Sequence record: KT887559.1
Origin: Pseudomonas phage phi3
Direction: 5' to 3' (one strand)
DNA length: 32,637 bases
Below the pieces are notes generated by a model that ran no database searches, had not been told where the DNA came from, and saw only the letters and a list, made by a program, of their open reading frames with translations. Positions 25,768 through 32,637 of this stretch are shown here, one piece after another. Both the position numbers and the translations under genes were made by a program. Each line of letters starts with the position of its first letter. The first letter of the stretch is position 1.

Positions 25768-27732
25768 ATGGCACGCATCACCGCCGCCGGCGAACGCTTG
25801 ATTGCGCAGAAGCTGGGCGAAAAGAAGATACTGGAGGTCAGCCGCTTCGTGCTCGCCCTGGTCCCCGGGCTGGATCCCACCAGGCCTGTGGACCGCGACG
25901 CGGCGCTGCCGCCGGCGCAGCAGATCGTCCACACCGCACCCGTCACCCAGGCCGGCTACGTCAACCCCAACCAGGTGGTTTACAGCCTCATGATGGGTTC
26001 GGACGTGGGCGACTTCGACTGGAACTGGATCGGCCTGGAGACGGCGGAAAAGGTCCTGCTGGCGGTCGCATACGTGCCTGTCCAGCAGAAGCGCAAGAAC
26101 CGCCCGCCGCTGCAGATCGGCAACAACGTGACGCGCAACTTCCTGGTGGCGTTCGACGGTGCCCAGGAACTGACCGGGATAACGATCGATGCCAGCACCT
26201 GGCAGCACGATTTCACCGTCCGCCTGGCCGGGATCGACGAGCGCGAGCGCCTGGCCAATCGCGATATGTTCGGCCGGGGTACGTTCTTTTCGACCGGTCT
26301 GTTGCTGGAGAAGGCAAGCACGAACTACCGCCTGAAGGCGGGCTTGGCCTACGTCGAGGGAATCCGCGTTCACGCGCCGGAGGACGTCAGTATCGCCGCA
26401 CCGTCGCTGCCGAACACGGCCTGGCTCGATGTGCGCCTGCAGCGCAGCCAGTCCGACGTCGTGGCGTCCTGGTCCATCGCCTGGGGCACCAACCAGACCG
26501 ACTACACCGACAGCGCCGGCGTCCGTCACTACCTGGTCCCGCTCGCGGATCTCGACGCCGGCGGCAATCTGGTGGCCGACCGGCGCCTGCCGAAACCCAT
26601 CACCGGACCGCTGGTGGATCACTGGGCCGCCCAGGTCGGCGATTATCCGAAGCTGCGCGCCCGGGCGACGACAAAGACGGACGTCGGGCTGGACAAGATC
26701 CCGAACGCGATCAGCGACGACCCGGCCCTGGATCGCGGCGACGTGCTGGCCACGACGAAGGCGACCCGGGCCGTCCAGCTCCGGGCCGCCCAGGATCTGG
26801 ACGACCTTGCCAAGAGCCTGGGGACTGCCGCACGGCGAGACGTCGGCACCGACGCCGGCGACCTCCTCGAGGTCGGCGCATTCGGCTGGGGAACGAATGA
26901 CAGTCCGGTCGCCGCCTCAGTGAACATCTATGAATCATCCGTTACCAAGTTCACCCCGGCGACCGAATACGTTCCCGAGATCTTCGGCATGAGCTACGGC
27001 GTCGTCGCGACGTTCGCTTACAGCGAGCGAGAAACCCGTGCGTCGCAACTGTTTTTTGGGCAAAGCCCCGAAAACAAACTGATGTTCCGCTCTGGCAATT
27101 ACACCTGGGCCCCGTTCCTGGAAATCTGGCATAGCGGCAACCTGAACCCCCAGGCCATCGTACCCGCCGGCGCCGTCGTGGCATTCGCCATGTACAGCCC
27201 ACCGGCGGGCTACCTGAAGGCCAACGGCGCCGCCGTCAGCCGTACCGCTTACGCCGCTCTGTTCGCCACTATCGGAACCTACTACGGCGCGGGAGATGGA
27301 TCGACGACGTTCAACCTGCCGGATTATCGCGGCGAATTTTTGCGCGCACTGGACGACGGTCGGGGACTCGACCTGGGGCGCCAATTGGGCACTCTCCAGT
27401 CGAGCCAGAACCTGGCTCATACCCACGGCGCGAGCAGTAGCGGCAATGGCGGCCACACGCACACCGTAACCGGGACCGCTGCGGCAGCAGGCGCGCACAG
27501 CCACAGCATTGCTTCGGTGAACGCCACCGCACTGGTTAGCGGCACACGCCTGGCAACGCTGGTAGGGAATGCGTCCAACAGTACGACAGACGTTGCCGGT
27601 GATCACACCCACGCCGTCACTGGTGTCGCCGCACTCGAAGGCACCCACAACCACACGATCTACGTCGAGTCCAGCGGCGGCAGCGAGGCCCGCCCGCGTA
27701 ACGTCTCCGTCCTCATTTGTATCAAGTACTGA
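25768..27732 (+). CDS. Tail fiber protein (P2 gpH-like) with phage tail-collar domain and C-terminal HxH repeat tip
   Basis: 654 aa from ATG 25768 (TAGGAG RBS). The N-terminus MARITAAGERLIAQKLGEKKILEVSRFVLAL resembles the P2 H N-terminus. The collar domain motif is PAGYLKANGAAVSRTAYAALFATIGTYYGAGDGSTTFNLPDYRGEFLR. Five HxH boxes are present (AHTHG, GHTHT, AHSHS, DHTHA, THNHT). Confidence 0.85.
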   Translation: MARITAAGERLIAQKLGEKKILEVSRFVLALVPGLDPTRPVDRDAALPPAQQIVHTAPVTQAGYVNPNQVVYSLMMGSDVGDFDWNWIGLETAEKVLLAVAYVPVQQKRKNRPPLQIGNNVTRNFLVAFDGAQELTGITIDASTWQHDFTVRLAGIDERERLANRDMFGRGTFFSTGLLLEKASTNYRLKAGLAYVEGIRVHAPEDVSIAAPSLPNTAWLDVRLQRSQSDVVASWSIAWGTNQTDYTDSAGVRHYLVPLADLDAGGNLVADRRLPKPITGPLVDHWAAQVGDYPKLRARATTKTDVGLDKIPNAISDDPALDRGDVLATTKATRAVQLRAAQDLDDLAKSLGTAARRDVGTDAGDLLEVGAFGWGTNDSPVAASVNIYESSVTKFTPATEYVPEIFGMSYGVVATFAYSERETRASQLFFGQSPENKLMFRSGNYTWAPFLEIWHSGNLNPQAIVPAGAVVAFAMYSPPAGYLKANGAAVSRTAYAALFATIGTYYGAGDGSTTFNLPDYRGEFLRALDDGRGLDLGRQLGTLQSSQNLAHTHGASSSGNGGHTHTVTGTAAAAGAHSHSIASVNATALVSGTRLATLVGNASNSTTDVAGDHTHAVTGVAALEGTHNHTIYVESSGGSEARPRNVSVLICIKY

Positions 27733-27745
27733 GGCCCCCGCCCCC

Positions 27746-28456
27746 ATGACCACCCTGACCGTTTACCAAACCAACGCCCTGGGCCTGTACGTCGGCCCCA
27801 CCGACGCCGATGAATCGCCTCTGGAGCCCGGCGTGTTCCTGATTCCCGCCGGTTGCGTGCAACTGGCCCCACCGAAGGAGCCGAAGGGCAAGCGCGCACG
27901 CTGGACGGGATCCGACTGGGAGCTGGTGGACTGGCTCGACGGCGTGACCACCTACAGCACCCGCGACGGCTCGCCCCTGGTGCTGCAGGGCCTGGAACCG
28001 CTCCCCGAGGGCTACACCCTGCAGCAGCCCGGGCCGAACCAGGTCTGGAAGGACGGCGCTTGGGTAGACGATCTGCCCGGCCTGCTCGCCGCCGCCCACA
28101 AGCGGAAGACCCTGGAGATCCGCGCCGCCGGCCAGGCGTTCCTGGACGGCGGTTTCTACTCCAGCGCCCTGGGCAACCCGCACTTCTACGCAAGCAGCCT
28201 GAGCGATCAGATGAACGTCACCAGCCTGGCCGCCCTGGGCATCAGCGCCGACTATCCGTGCGCCGCCGGCGGCGAGCAGAACCGCGAGTGGCGCCGCCAC
28301 ACGGCCAATCAACTGCGCCAGGTCGGCGTGGACCTGGTGCAACATCGCCAGGCTGGCCAGCAGCAGGTCGAGCGCCTGCAGGACGAACTGGACGCCGCCC
28401 TGGCCGCCCAGGATCTGGAACGCCTGGAGGCGATCACCTGGAGCATTCCGGCATGA
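27746..28456 (+). CDS. Tail fiber assembly protein (P2 gpG-like chaperone)
   Basis: 236 aa from ATG 27746, immediately after the fiber gene. N-terminus MTTLTVYQTNALGLYVGPTDADESPLEPGVFLIPAGCVQLAPPKEPKGKRARWTGSDWELVDW has the Trp-containing Tfa-like pattern. Confidence 0.65.
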   Translation: MTTLTVYQTNALGLYVGPTDADESPLEPGVFLIPAGCVQLAPPKEPKGKRARWTGSDWELVDWLDGVTTYSTRDGSPLVLQGLEPLPEGYTLQQPGPNQVWKDGAWVDDLPGLLAAAHKRKTLEIRAAGQAFLDGGFYSSALGNPHFYASSLSDQMNVTSLAALGISADYPCAAGGEQNREWRRHTANQLRQVGVDLVQHRQAGQQQVERLQDELDAALAAQDLERLEAITWSIPA

Positions 28457-29373
28457 CATGGGCACCCGTCACCATGCGCTGGCCCGCACAGACGACCCGC
28501 TGGCTGGACGACCTGGGCGCGGCCCAGCAGCTCGCCAGCGGCGAGCTGGCGGGCACCGCCGAGCGCCTGCGCGGGCTCCAGGACCTGGCCACCACCAACC
28601 CGGGGCCGGTCGCCGGCGCCGCCAAGGCGGCCATCACAGCCGGGCGCAGCGCCATGGCCAGCACACTGGGCGAGGTACCGGCGTGCCTCGCGGTAACGCC
28701 GTTCCTCGCCGGCGTCGGCCAAGGCCAGGGCAACCAGCGATTCCTGTCCGCGCCGAACCTGCTGCAGCAACTGGCCGACAAGCTGCTGCAGCCGCAGCGC
28801 GACGACCAGGAACAGTACGCCCTGGTCCTGCTGTTCCTCGGCACCCGCTACGACCAGTTGGCCGCGACGCTGGCCCGCTTCAATGCCCTGCTGCCGGTCC
28901 CTGACCTGCAGCGCGCCGAGCGCCGCGCCGCGAGCCTGGCCCGCCTGGAACTGGAAAAGTGGATCATGCCCAGGACCACGCCCGGACCGCGCTGGCAGGA
29001 CCTGCCGCTGGATCGCTGCACCATCACCCGCGCCGCCCAGCAGAGCCTGTCCGGCCAGTTGGCGGTTCTGGAGGGCTACACCGCCGACAGTTCGCCCATG
29101 GCCGAGCTGGGCGCCCTGGCGCAGCGCAAGCAGGCACTGCAGGCGAGCAAGGACAACGCACTGCAGGCGCTGCGCGAGCAGTTGGCCAACGGCGTGGCGG
29201 ACGGCACGATGCAGGCCCGCCTGGTCGGCCCGGGCAATGCCGTCGAGCTGCGCCGGCAACTGCTCCAGGGCGAGGCCCCGGGCCACGAATGGGTCCTGTG
29301 CGCCGGCCTGGCACTGGTCGGCTCCCTCTCCGGCCTGGCGTTCGTGCGCGAGCTGGTGGGGCTGGATCCATGA
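28453..29373 (+). CDS. Hypothetical protein (306 aa), unassigned; C-terminal hydrophobic segment
   Basis: ATG 28453 overlaps the upstream stop. No tail/baseplate signature was recognised. Confidence 0.5.
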   Translation: MTWAPVTMRWPAQTTRWLDDLGAAQQLASGELAGTAERLRGLQDLATTNPGPVAGAAKAAITAGRSAMASTLGEVPACLAVTPFLAGVGQGQGNQRFLSAPNLLQQLADKLLQPQRDDQEQYALVLLFLGTRYDQLAATLARFNALLPVPDLQRAERRAASLARLELEKWIMPRTTPGPRWQDLPLDRCTITRAAQQSLSGQLAVLEGYTADSSPMAELGALAQRKQALQASKDNALQALREQLANGVADGTMQARLVGPGNAVELRRQLLQGEAPGHEWVLCAGLALVGSLSGLAFVRELVGLDP

Positions 29374-29909
29374 CGCTGCTCCTCGATGGCCAGCAGGTCC
29401 ATGGAAAGGGCCTGCAGGTGACGGCCAATCTGCGGATCGAAAGCGCTGACCTGTCCGGGCAGACCAGCAACACGGCCAAGGCGCACAAGGGCTTCAAGCC
29501 CAAGGGGCTGACCGTCAGCCTGATGATTCCCTACGTGGACCAGGTGCACCTGGTCGAGCTGGTGCGGATGGCCGAGGCGACCGCCGGCGGCGGCCAGTTG
29601 CACACCTATCGGGTGGTGAACCAGACAGCGGCCGCGTTCGGCGTGCGCCAGGTTCAGTTCAGCGACAACCTCAGTGTCCGGGAAGATGACATTCTGCGGG
29701 CCTGGCGGATCCAGTTCACCCTGACCGAACAGCTGTCCAACCCCGAGCGCGTGGAGACGCGCCGGCCCGGGAAACCGGTCCAGCAGCAGGTCGGCGCCGG
29801 CGCGCCGGTCGCGGATCCCGCCGCCGGCGGCGACGGCAAGTCAGGCCAAGAGCTGACCGGGTTCGAAAAGATCCTGCAGCGCGTAGACGATGCCATCGGG
29901 GGCGCCTGA
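29370..29909 (+). CDS. Hypothetical tail-associated protein (179 aa), possibly gpU-like
   Basis: Translationally coupled on both sides. Only a weak C-terminal resemblance (..WRIQFTLTEQL..) to the gpU family. Confidence 0.4.
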   Translation: MTLLLDGQQVHGKGLQVTANLRIESADLSGQTSNTAKAHKGFKPKGLTVSLMIPYVDQVHLVELVRMAEATAGGGQLHTYRVVNQTAAAFGVRQVQFSDNLSVREDDILRAWRIQFTLTEQLSNPERVETRRPGKPVQQQVGAGAPVADPAAGGDGKSGQELTGFEKILQRVDDAIGGA

Positions 29910-30607
29910 TGAAACTTCACCAGGTACTCACCATCAACGGCCAGGCCGTGCCGCTGGTCCAGAGCGAAGTCCGCCTGGATCTGCGCACGCCCGGGCGGGC
30001 GTCGTTCACCATCAAGGCGCCGGCGGCGGAGCCGGTACGCGGCCTGGTCGCCCTAGACATTGGCTACAACGACCGGCCGCTGCAGCGGCACTTCCTGGGC
30101 TACGTCGAGCGCTGCAGCGCGGCGAACGCGACGGAACAGGTCCTGTTCTGCCGCGAGCTGGCCGCCGTCCTCGCCCAGCCCCTGCCGATGGGGCTACGCC
30201 ACGTCGATATGCGCGAGGTCCTCGAGGACGTGAGCCGCCAGACCGGGCTGTCGTTCCGCGTCCCCGACGCCGACTACTCCAGGACGAAGGCCCCTTACTT
30301 CTACTCGCTCGCCGCCGGCTACCAGGCCATGGACAGCCTGGCCCGGGTGTTCGGCATCCCCGATTTCGTCTGGCATCAGCAGGGCAACGGCGAGGTCTAC
30401 GCCGGCAGCTGGGCGGACAGCTACTGGGGCGCCCGGGCGCCCATCGAACTAGAGGCCGAGCTGTTCGACAGCTACCAGGGGCGGCAGTCCGCCGTCATCG
30501 CAGCACTCCCCGGGATCCGTCCCGGGGCCACGATCAACCAGGGCGAGCGCATCACATCCGTAACGCTCACCGGCACTCAAATGGCCATCAAATGGAAGAA
30601 GCCGTAA
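29909..30607 (+). CDS. Hypothetical protein (232 aa), possibly a truncated gpD/hub-like tail protein
   Basis: The N-terminus (LTINGQAVPL..EVRLDLRTPGRASFTI..VALDIGYNDRPLQRHFLGYVERC) follows the gpD-family pattern. It lies adjacent to gpV. Confidence 0.4.
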   Translation: MKLHQVLTINGQAVPLVQSEVRLDLRTPGRASFTIKAPAAEPVRGLVALDIGYNDRPLQRHFLGYVERCSAANATEQVLFCRELAAVLAQPLPMGLRHVDMREVLEDVSRQTGLSFRVPDADYSRTKAPYFYSLAAGYQAMDSLARVFGIPDFVWHQQGNGEVYAGSWADSYWGARAPIELEAELFDSYQGRQSAVIAALPGIRPGATINQGERITSVTLTGTQMAIKWKKP

Positions 30608-31563
30608 CCCGCATCGTAGAGCGTCAATTCCCCGAACTCTCCGGCGGCTACCACCTGCCGCGCTTCGCCCGCGTCATCGCCGTGGCGGATCCACCGGCAG
30701 CGAACGGGATCTGCGACGAGTTCCGCCCGCGCTATGCCGTGGACCTGGAGATCCTGGACGTGAACGGCGAGGCCGACCCGGCATTGCCGCCCATGCCAGG
30801 CGTCCCGCTACCGCTGCCGAACGGCGGCGGCGAACGCGGGTTCCTGGCGTTCCCCGAGGAAGGCAGCATGGTGGTGGTGGGTTTCGCCTACGGCCTGCCG
30901 AACAAGCCGTTCATTTTGCAGATACTGCCCCACGGCCAGAGCCTGCCGAAGCTGCCGAAAGAGGATCAGCTGTGGCAGCACAGCGAAGCCGTTCTGCAGC
31001 GCGTAGACGGCGCGGGAAACTGGACGAGGCAGACGGACGGGCGGATCCGCGATCAGGCCATGGAGCGCGAGGTAGAGGCCCTGGAGAACGTCGAGCGCTA
31101 CCAAGGTAGCCGAGTCGAGATCGAGGACCACGCGACCGAGCAGGTGGGCGGAGTCAAGCGGATCGAGGCGCTGGGTGCGCTCAAGCTGTTATCCGGCGGA
31201 TCCGCCAGCCTGGCCGCCGTGGACGATCTACACCAGGCCACCGGGCGCGACCTGAACCTGGTTGCCAGCCAGCGCTACAACGCCACCATCGGCGCCGACA
31301 TGGACGAACGTATCCAGGGAATGCGCCGGAGCGTGGCGGCCGTCGCCCAGCGCCTGCAGGCGCCGACGACCTGGGTCGGATCCGCGGGCGTGAACGTCCT
31401 GCAAGTGCTGTGCGACCTGCTCGACCTGGTGGAGCAGATGAACAACCAGCTGGCCGGGCACGTCCACCCGCCAGTAGGACCACCGACGAACGCCGGCGAC
31501 TTCACCGCCGACGCGGCCCAGGCGGCCAACCTGGCCGCGAAACTGAAGCCGATCACCGCATAG
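30592..31563 (+). CDS. Baseplate assembly protein V / central spike (gp5 OB-fold family)
   Basis: 323 aa. RFARVIAV...PEEGSMVVVGFAYGLPNKPFIL matches the gpV OB-domain signature (PEVGDEVLVGF..GD..RPI). It has a long C-terminal extension. Confidence 0.7.
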   Translation: MEEAVTRIVERQFPELSGGYHLPRFARVIAVADPPAANGICDEFRPRYAVDLEILDVNGEADPALPPMPGVPLPLPNGGGERGFLAFPEEGSMVVVGFAYGLPNKPFILQILPHGQSLPKLPKEDQLWQHSEAVLQRVDGAGNWTRQTDGRIRDQAMEREVEALENVERYQGSRVEIEDHATEQVGGVKRIEALGALKLLSGGSASLAAVDDLHQATGRDLNLVASQRYNATIGADMDERIQGMRRSVAAVAQRLQAPTTWVGSAGVNVLQVLCDLLDLVEQMNNQLAGHVHPPVGPPTNAGDFTADAAQAANLAAKLKPITA

Positions 31564-31564
31564 C

Positions 31565-31590
31565 AAAAGCCCGCCAGATGGCGGGCTTTT
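31565..31590. terminator. Bidirectional rho-independent terminator between the tail operon (plus) and hicB (minus)
   Basis: AAAAGCCCGCC-AGAT-GGCGGGCTTTT, a symmetric hairpin with A/T tracts on both sides. Confidence 0.7.
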
Positions 31591-31605
31591 CGATCCTGGC
31601 GTAGG

Positions 31606-32010
31606 TCACGCCACTGACAGTTCGCGCATCGCCGCTGTTGCCAGAAAGCCCGACCGAGACTGATAGCGCTTATCCACCTTCACGCGCTCATCGATCCGCT
31701 GCAGAAGGTGTTCCGGGAGCGTCGCATTAAAGCGTACGGCCTTGCCCAGGTACGGGGTCACGTCGAAGTCAACCACCGCCCATACGCCACCTTCGAAGTC
31801 CGGATTCTTCATATGGGCGTCAACGTCCTGCGGCTGGGGTAGCTCTTCGCCGTCCGTAACCAAGCCTTCGAAGTGCAAGGCCAGCGCCTCTTCTACATTG
31901 GCCAGGGCCTCGGACACCGTAGCGCCGGCAGAGAAGCAACCCGGCACATCGGGCACAGTCACGCCATAGTCAGAATCAGGGTCTTTGTGTAACACCACGG
32001 GGAATTTCAT
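31606..32010 (-). CDS. hicB: HicB-family antitoxin
   Basis: 134 aa. HicB fold with N-terminus MKFPVVLHKDPDSDYGVTVPDVPGCFSAGATVSEALANVEEAL and a C-terminal RHH-like DNA-binding tail. It lies downstream of hicA. Confidence 0.85.
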   Translation of the reverse strand: MKFPVVLHKDPDSDYGVTVPDVPGCFSAGATVSEALANVEEALALHFEGLVTDGEELPQPQDVDAHMKNPDFEGGVWAVVDFDVTPYLGKAVRFNATLPEHLLQRIDERVKVDKRYQSRSGFLATAAMRELSVA

Positions 32011-32037
32011 GGCTCTACTCCGTGAGATTGACCGGCC

Positions 32038-32220
32038 TCACTTGAGGCCGGCTTGTTTCAGTATGTTGTTCAGGGTTCCTTTCGGTATCGTCGAGGACGG
32101 ATGTTGAACCGTCACCTTTCCAGGCTTTGAAGGATGTTTGAACTGGTGGTGGCTACCTTTCACCGCCACTTCATACCAGCCATCCTCCAACAGCAAATCA
32201 ATCACTTCCCTACTCCGCAT
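32038..32220 (-). CDS. hicA: HicA-family mRNA interferase toxin
   Basis: 60 aa from ATG 32220 with a GGAGGA RBS (the track ORF starts at GTG 32259). GWYEVAVKGSHHQFKHP is the HicA signature. Confidence 0.85.
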   Translation of the reverse strand: MRSREVIDLLLEDGWYEVAVKGSHHQFKHPSKPGKVTVQHPSSTIPKGTLNNILKQAGLK

Positions 32221-32244
32221 CCAATCCTCCGACTGCGATCCTTG

Positions 32245-32261
32245 GTGTGTATTATACACAC
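32245..32261. promoter_or_regulatory. 17-bp perfect palindrome GTGTGTAT-T-ATACACAC upstream of hicA; probable HicB operator overlapping the -10 (TATTATAC)
   Basis: Read directly; it lies about 25 nt upstream of the hicA ATG on the minus strand. Confidence 0.5.
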
Positions 32262-32637
32262 TTAAATCACACTATCCAACCTTTAATGCACACCATACAC
32301 ACCGAACCAACAGGCTTCGAAAAAATGCCGGCCGCCAAAAAATTCGCGGCCAAAACGCACTTATCCCCCTCCCGCCGACGGGCCGTGTGTCGTGGAAATC
32401 GTGAAACCCGGGGTGCGATGAAACCAAGCCTCCAGGGCGCGCCCCTGCTGGGCCTGACGAGCCCATGGCCGCTTCATTCTGTGAAAGAAGTTGTGAAGGA
32501 GTGAAGCCGGTACAGTCCTAGGGTGTCCACGATGCGTCCACAGACTTGGAAAACATTGATCGCCATTGCCCATCAATATCCAATAAAACTTTGATATTAC
32601 TGTCTTTTTCCTGCATGCATGCGGCGTGCGGATGGGC

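Larger units (their letters stand above)
2887..32261. mobile_element. P2-like (Peduovirus-type) myovirus prophage integrated in the 3' end of the tRNA(CAU). The left end is the tRNA/int overlap. The right end is not identified inside the window, so hicAB is provisionally included.
   Basis: Present are int overlapping the tRNA 3' end, a C-like repressor, replication, Ogr, Q-P on one strand with O-N-M-L divergent (the P2 arrangement), tail completion, sheath/tube, lysis, E/E' frameshift chaperone, T, W-J-I-H-G and V. No direct repeat of the tRNA 3' segment was found at the right side. Confidence 0.8.

Noticed and set aside
32500-32560. Possible attR: partial similarity (gtccacg..cg.gtcc) to the tRNA T-arm
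   Set aside because: Only about 14/25 matches with gaps. Integrase att cores are exact, and no exact copy of the tRNA 3' end is present in the window.

Overview
This GC-rich (~65%) window looks like Pseudomonas-type DNA and holds three nested mobile layers. (1) Host DNA at the left carries a complete bacterial group II intron: domains I-III lie upstream of a 561-aa intron-encoded protein (reverse transcriptase, maturase and C-terminal HNH endonuclease), followed by a near-consensus catalytic domain V and a domain VI with a bulged branch-point A. The intron ends about 5 nt before a tRNA gene with anticodon CAU. (2) Starting inside the 3' half of that tRNA is a near-complete P2-like myovirus prophage. 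It opens with a tyrosine integrase, a C-like XRE repressor and a small Cox-like gene separated by a repeat-containing switch region. Next comes an 896-aa P4-alpha/D5-type primase-helicase in place of P2 gpA, followed by a dense array of GTTCCGG/CCGGAACA iterons that is probably the origin. Then a roughly 2.3-kb cargo region of seven small uncharacterised ORFs (two tandem paralogs, an Arc/Mnt-like ribbon-helix-helix protein, a Cys-rich protein) ends at an intrinsic terminator. After it lies an A+C-rich, G-poor low-GC island with a strong sigma70-type promoter and a 74-aa orphan ORF. The late region follows: the Ogr/Delta zinc-finger activator, portal Q, terminase ATPase P (minus strand), then scaffold O, major capsid N, small terminase M and head-completion L. 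After these come R/S-like tail completion genes, putative sheath and tube, a TraR/DksA-like zinc finger, and a complete lysis cassette (putative holin, SAR endolysin with E-8x-D-5x-T, and Rz with Rz1 embedded in the +1 frame) placed unusually between tube and tail chaperone. The tail chaperone carries an A_AAA_AAG -1 frameshift site and a 63-codon -1 frame extension. Downstream are the tape measure, W/J/I baseplate genes, a tail fiber with collar domain and HxH repeats, a fiber assembly protein, three unassigned genes, and a gpV spike, all closed by a bidirectional terminator. (3) A hicA-hicB toxin-antitoxin pair with a palindromic operator sits at the right end; no attR copy of the tRNA 3' end was found inside the window. 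The most plausible sites for undescribed biology are the post-replication cargo cluster at 7770-10000, the AT-rich island at 10040-10600, and the three unassigned genes at 28453-30607, which sit at the position equivalent to the P2 Z/fun hotspot.
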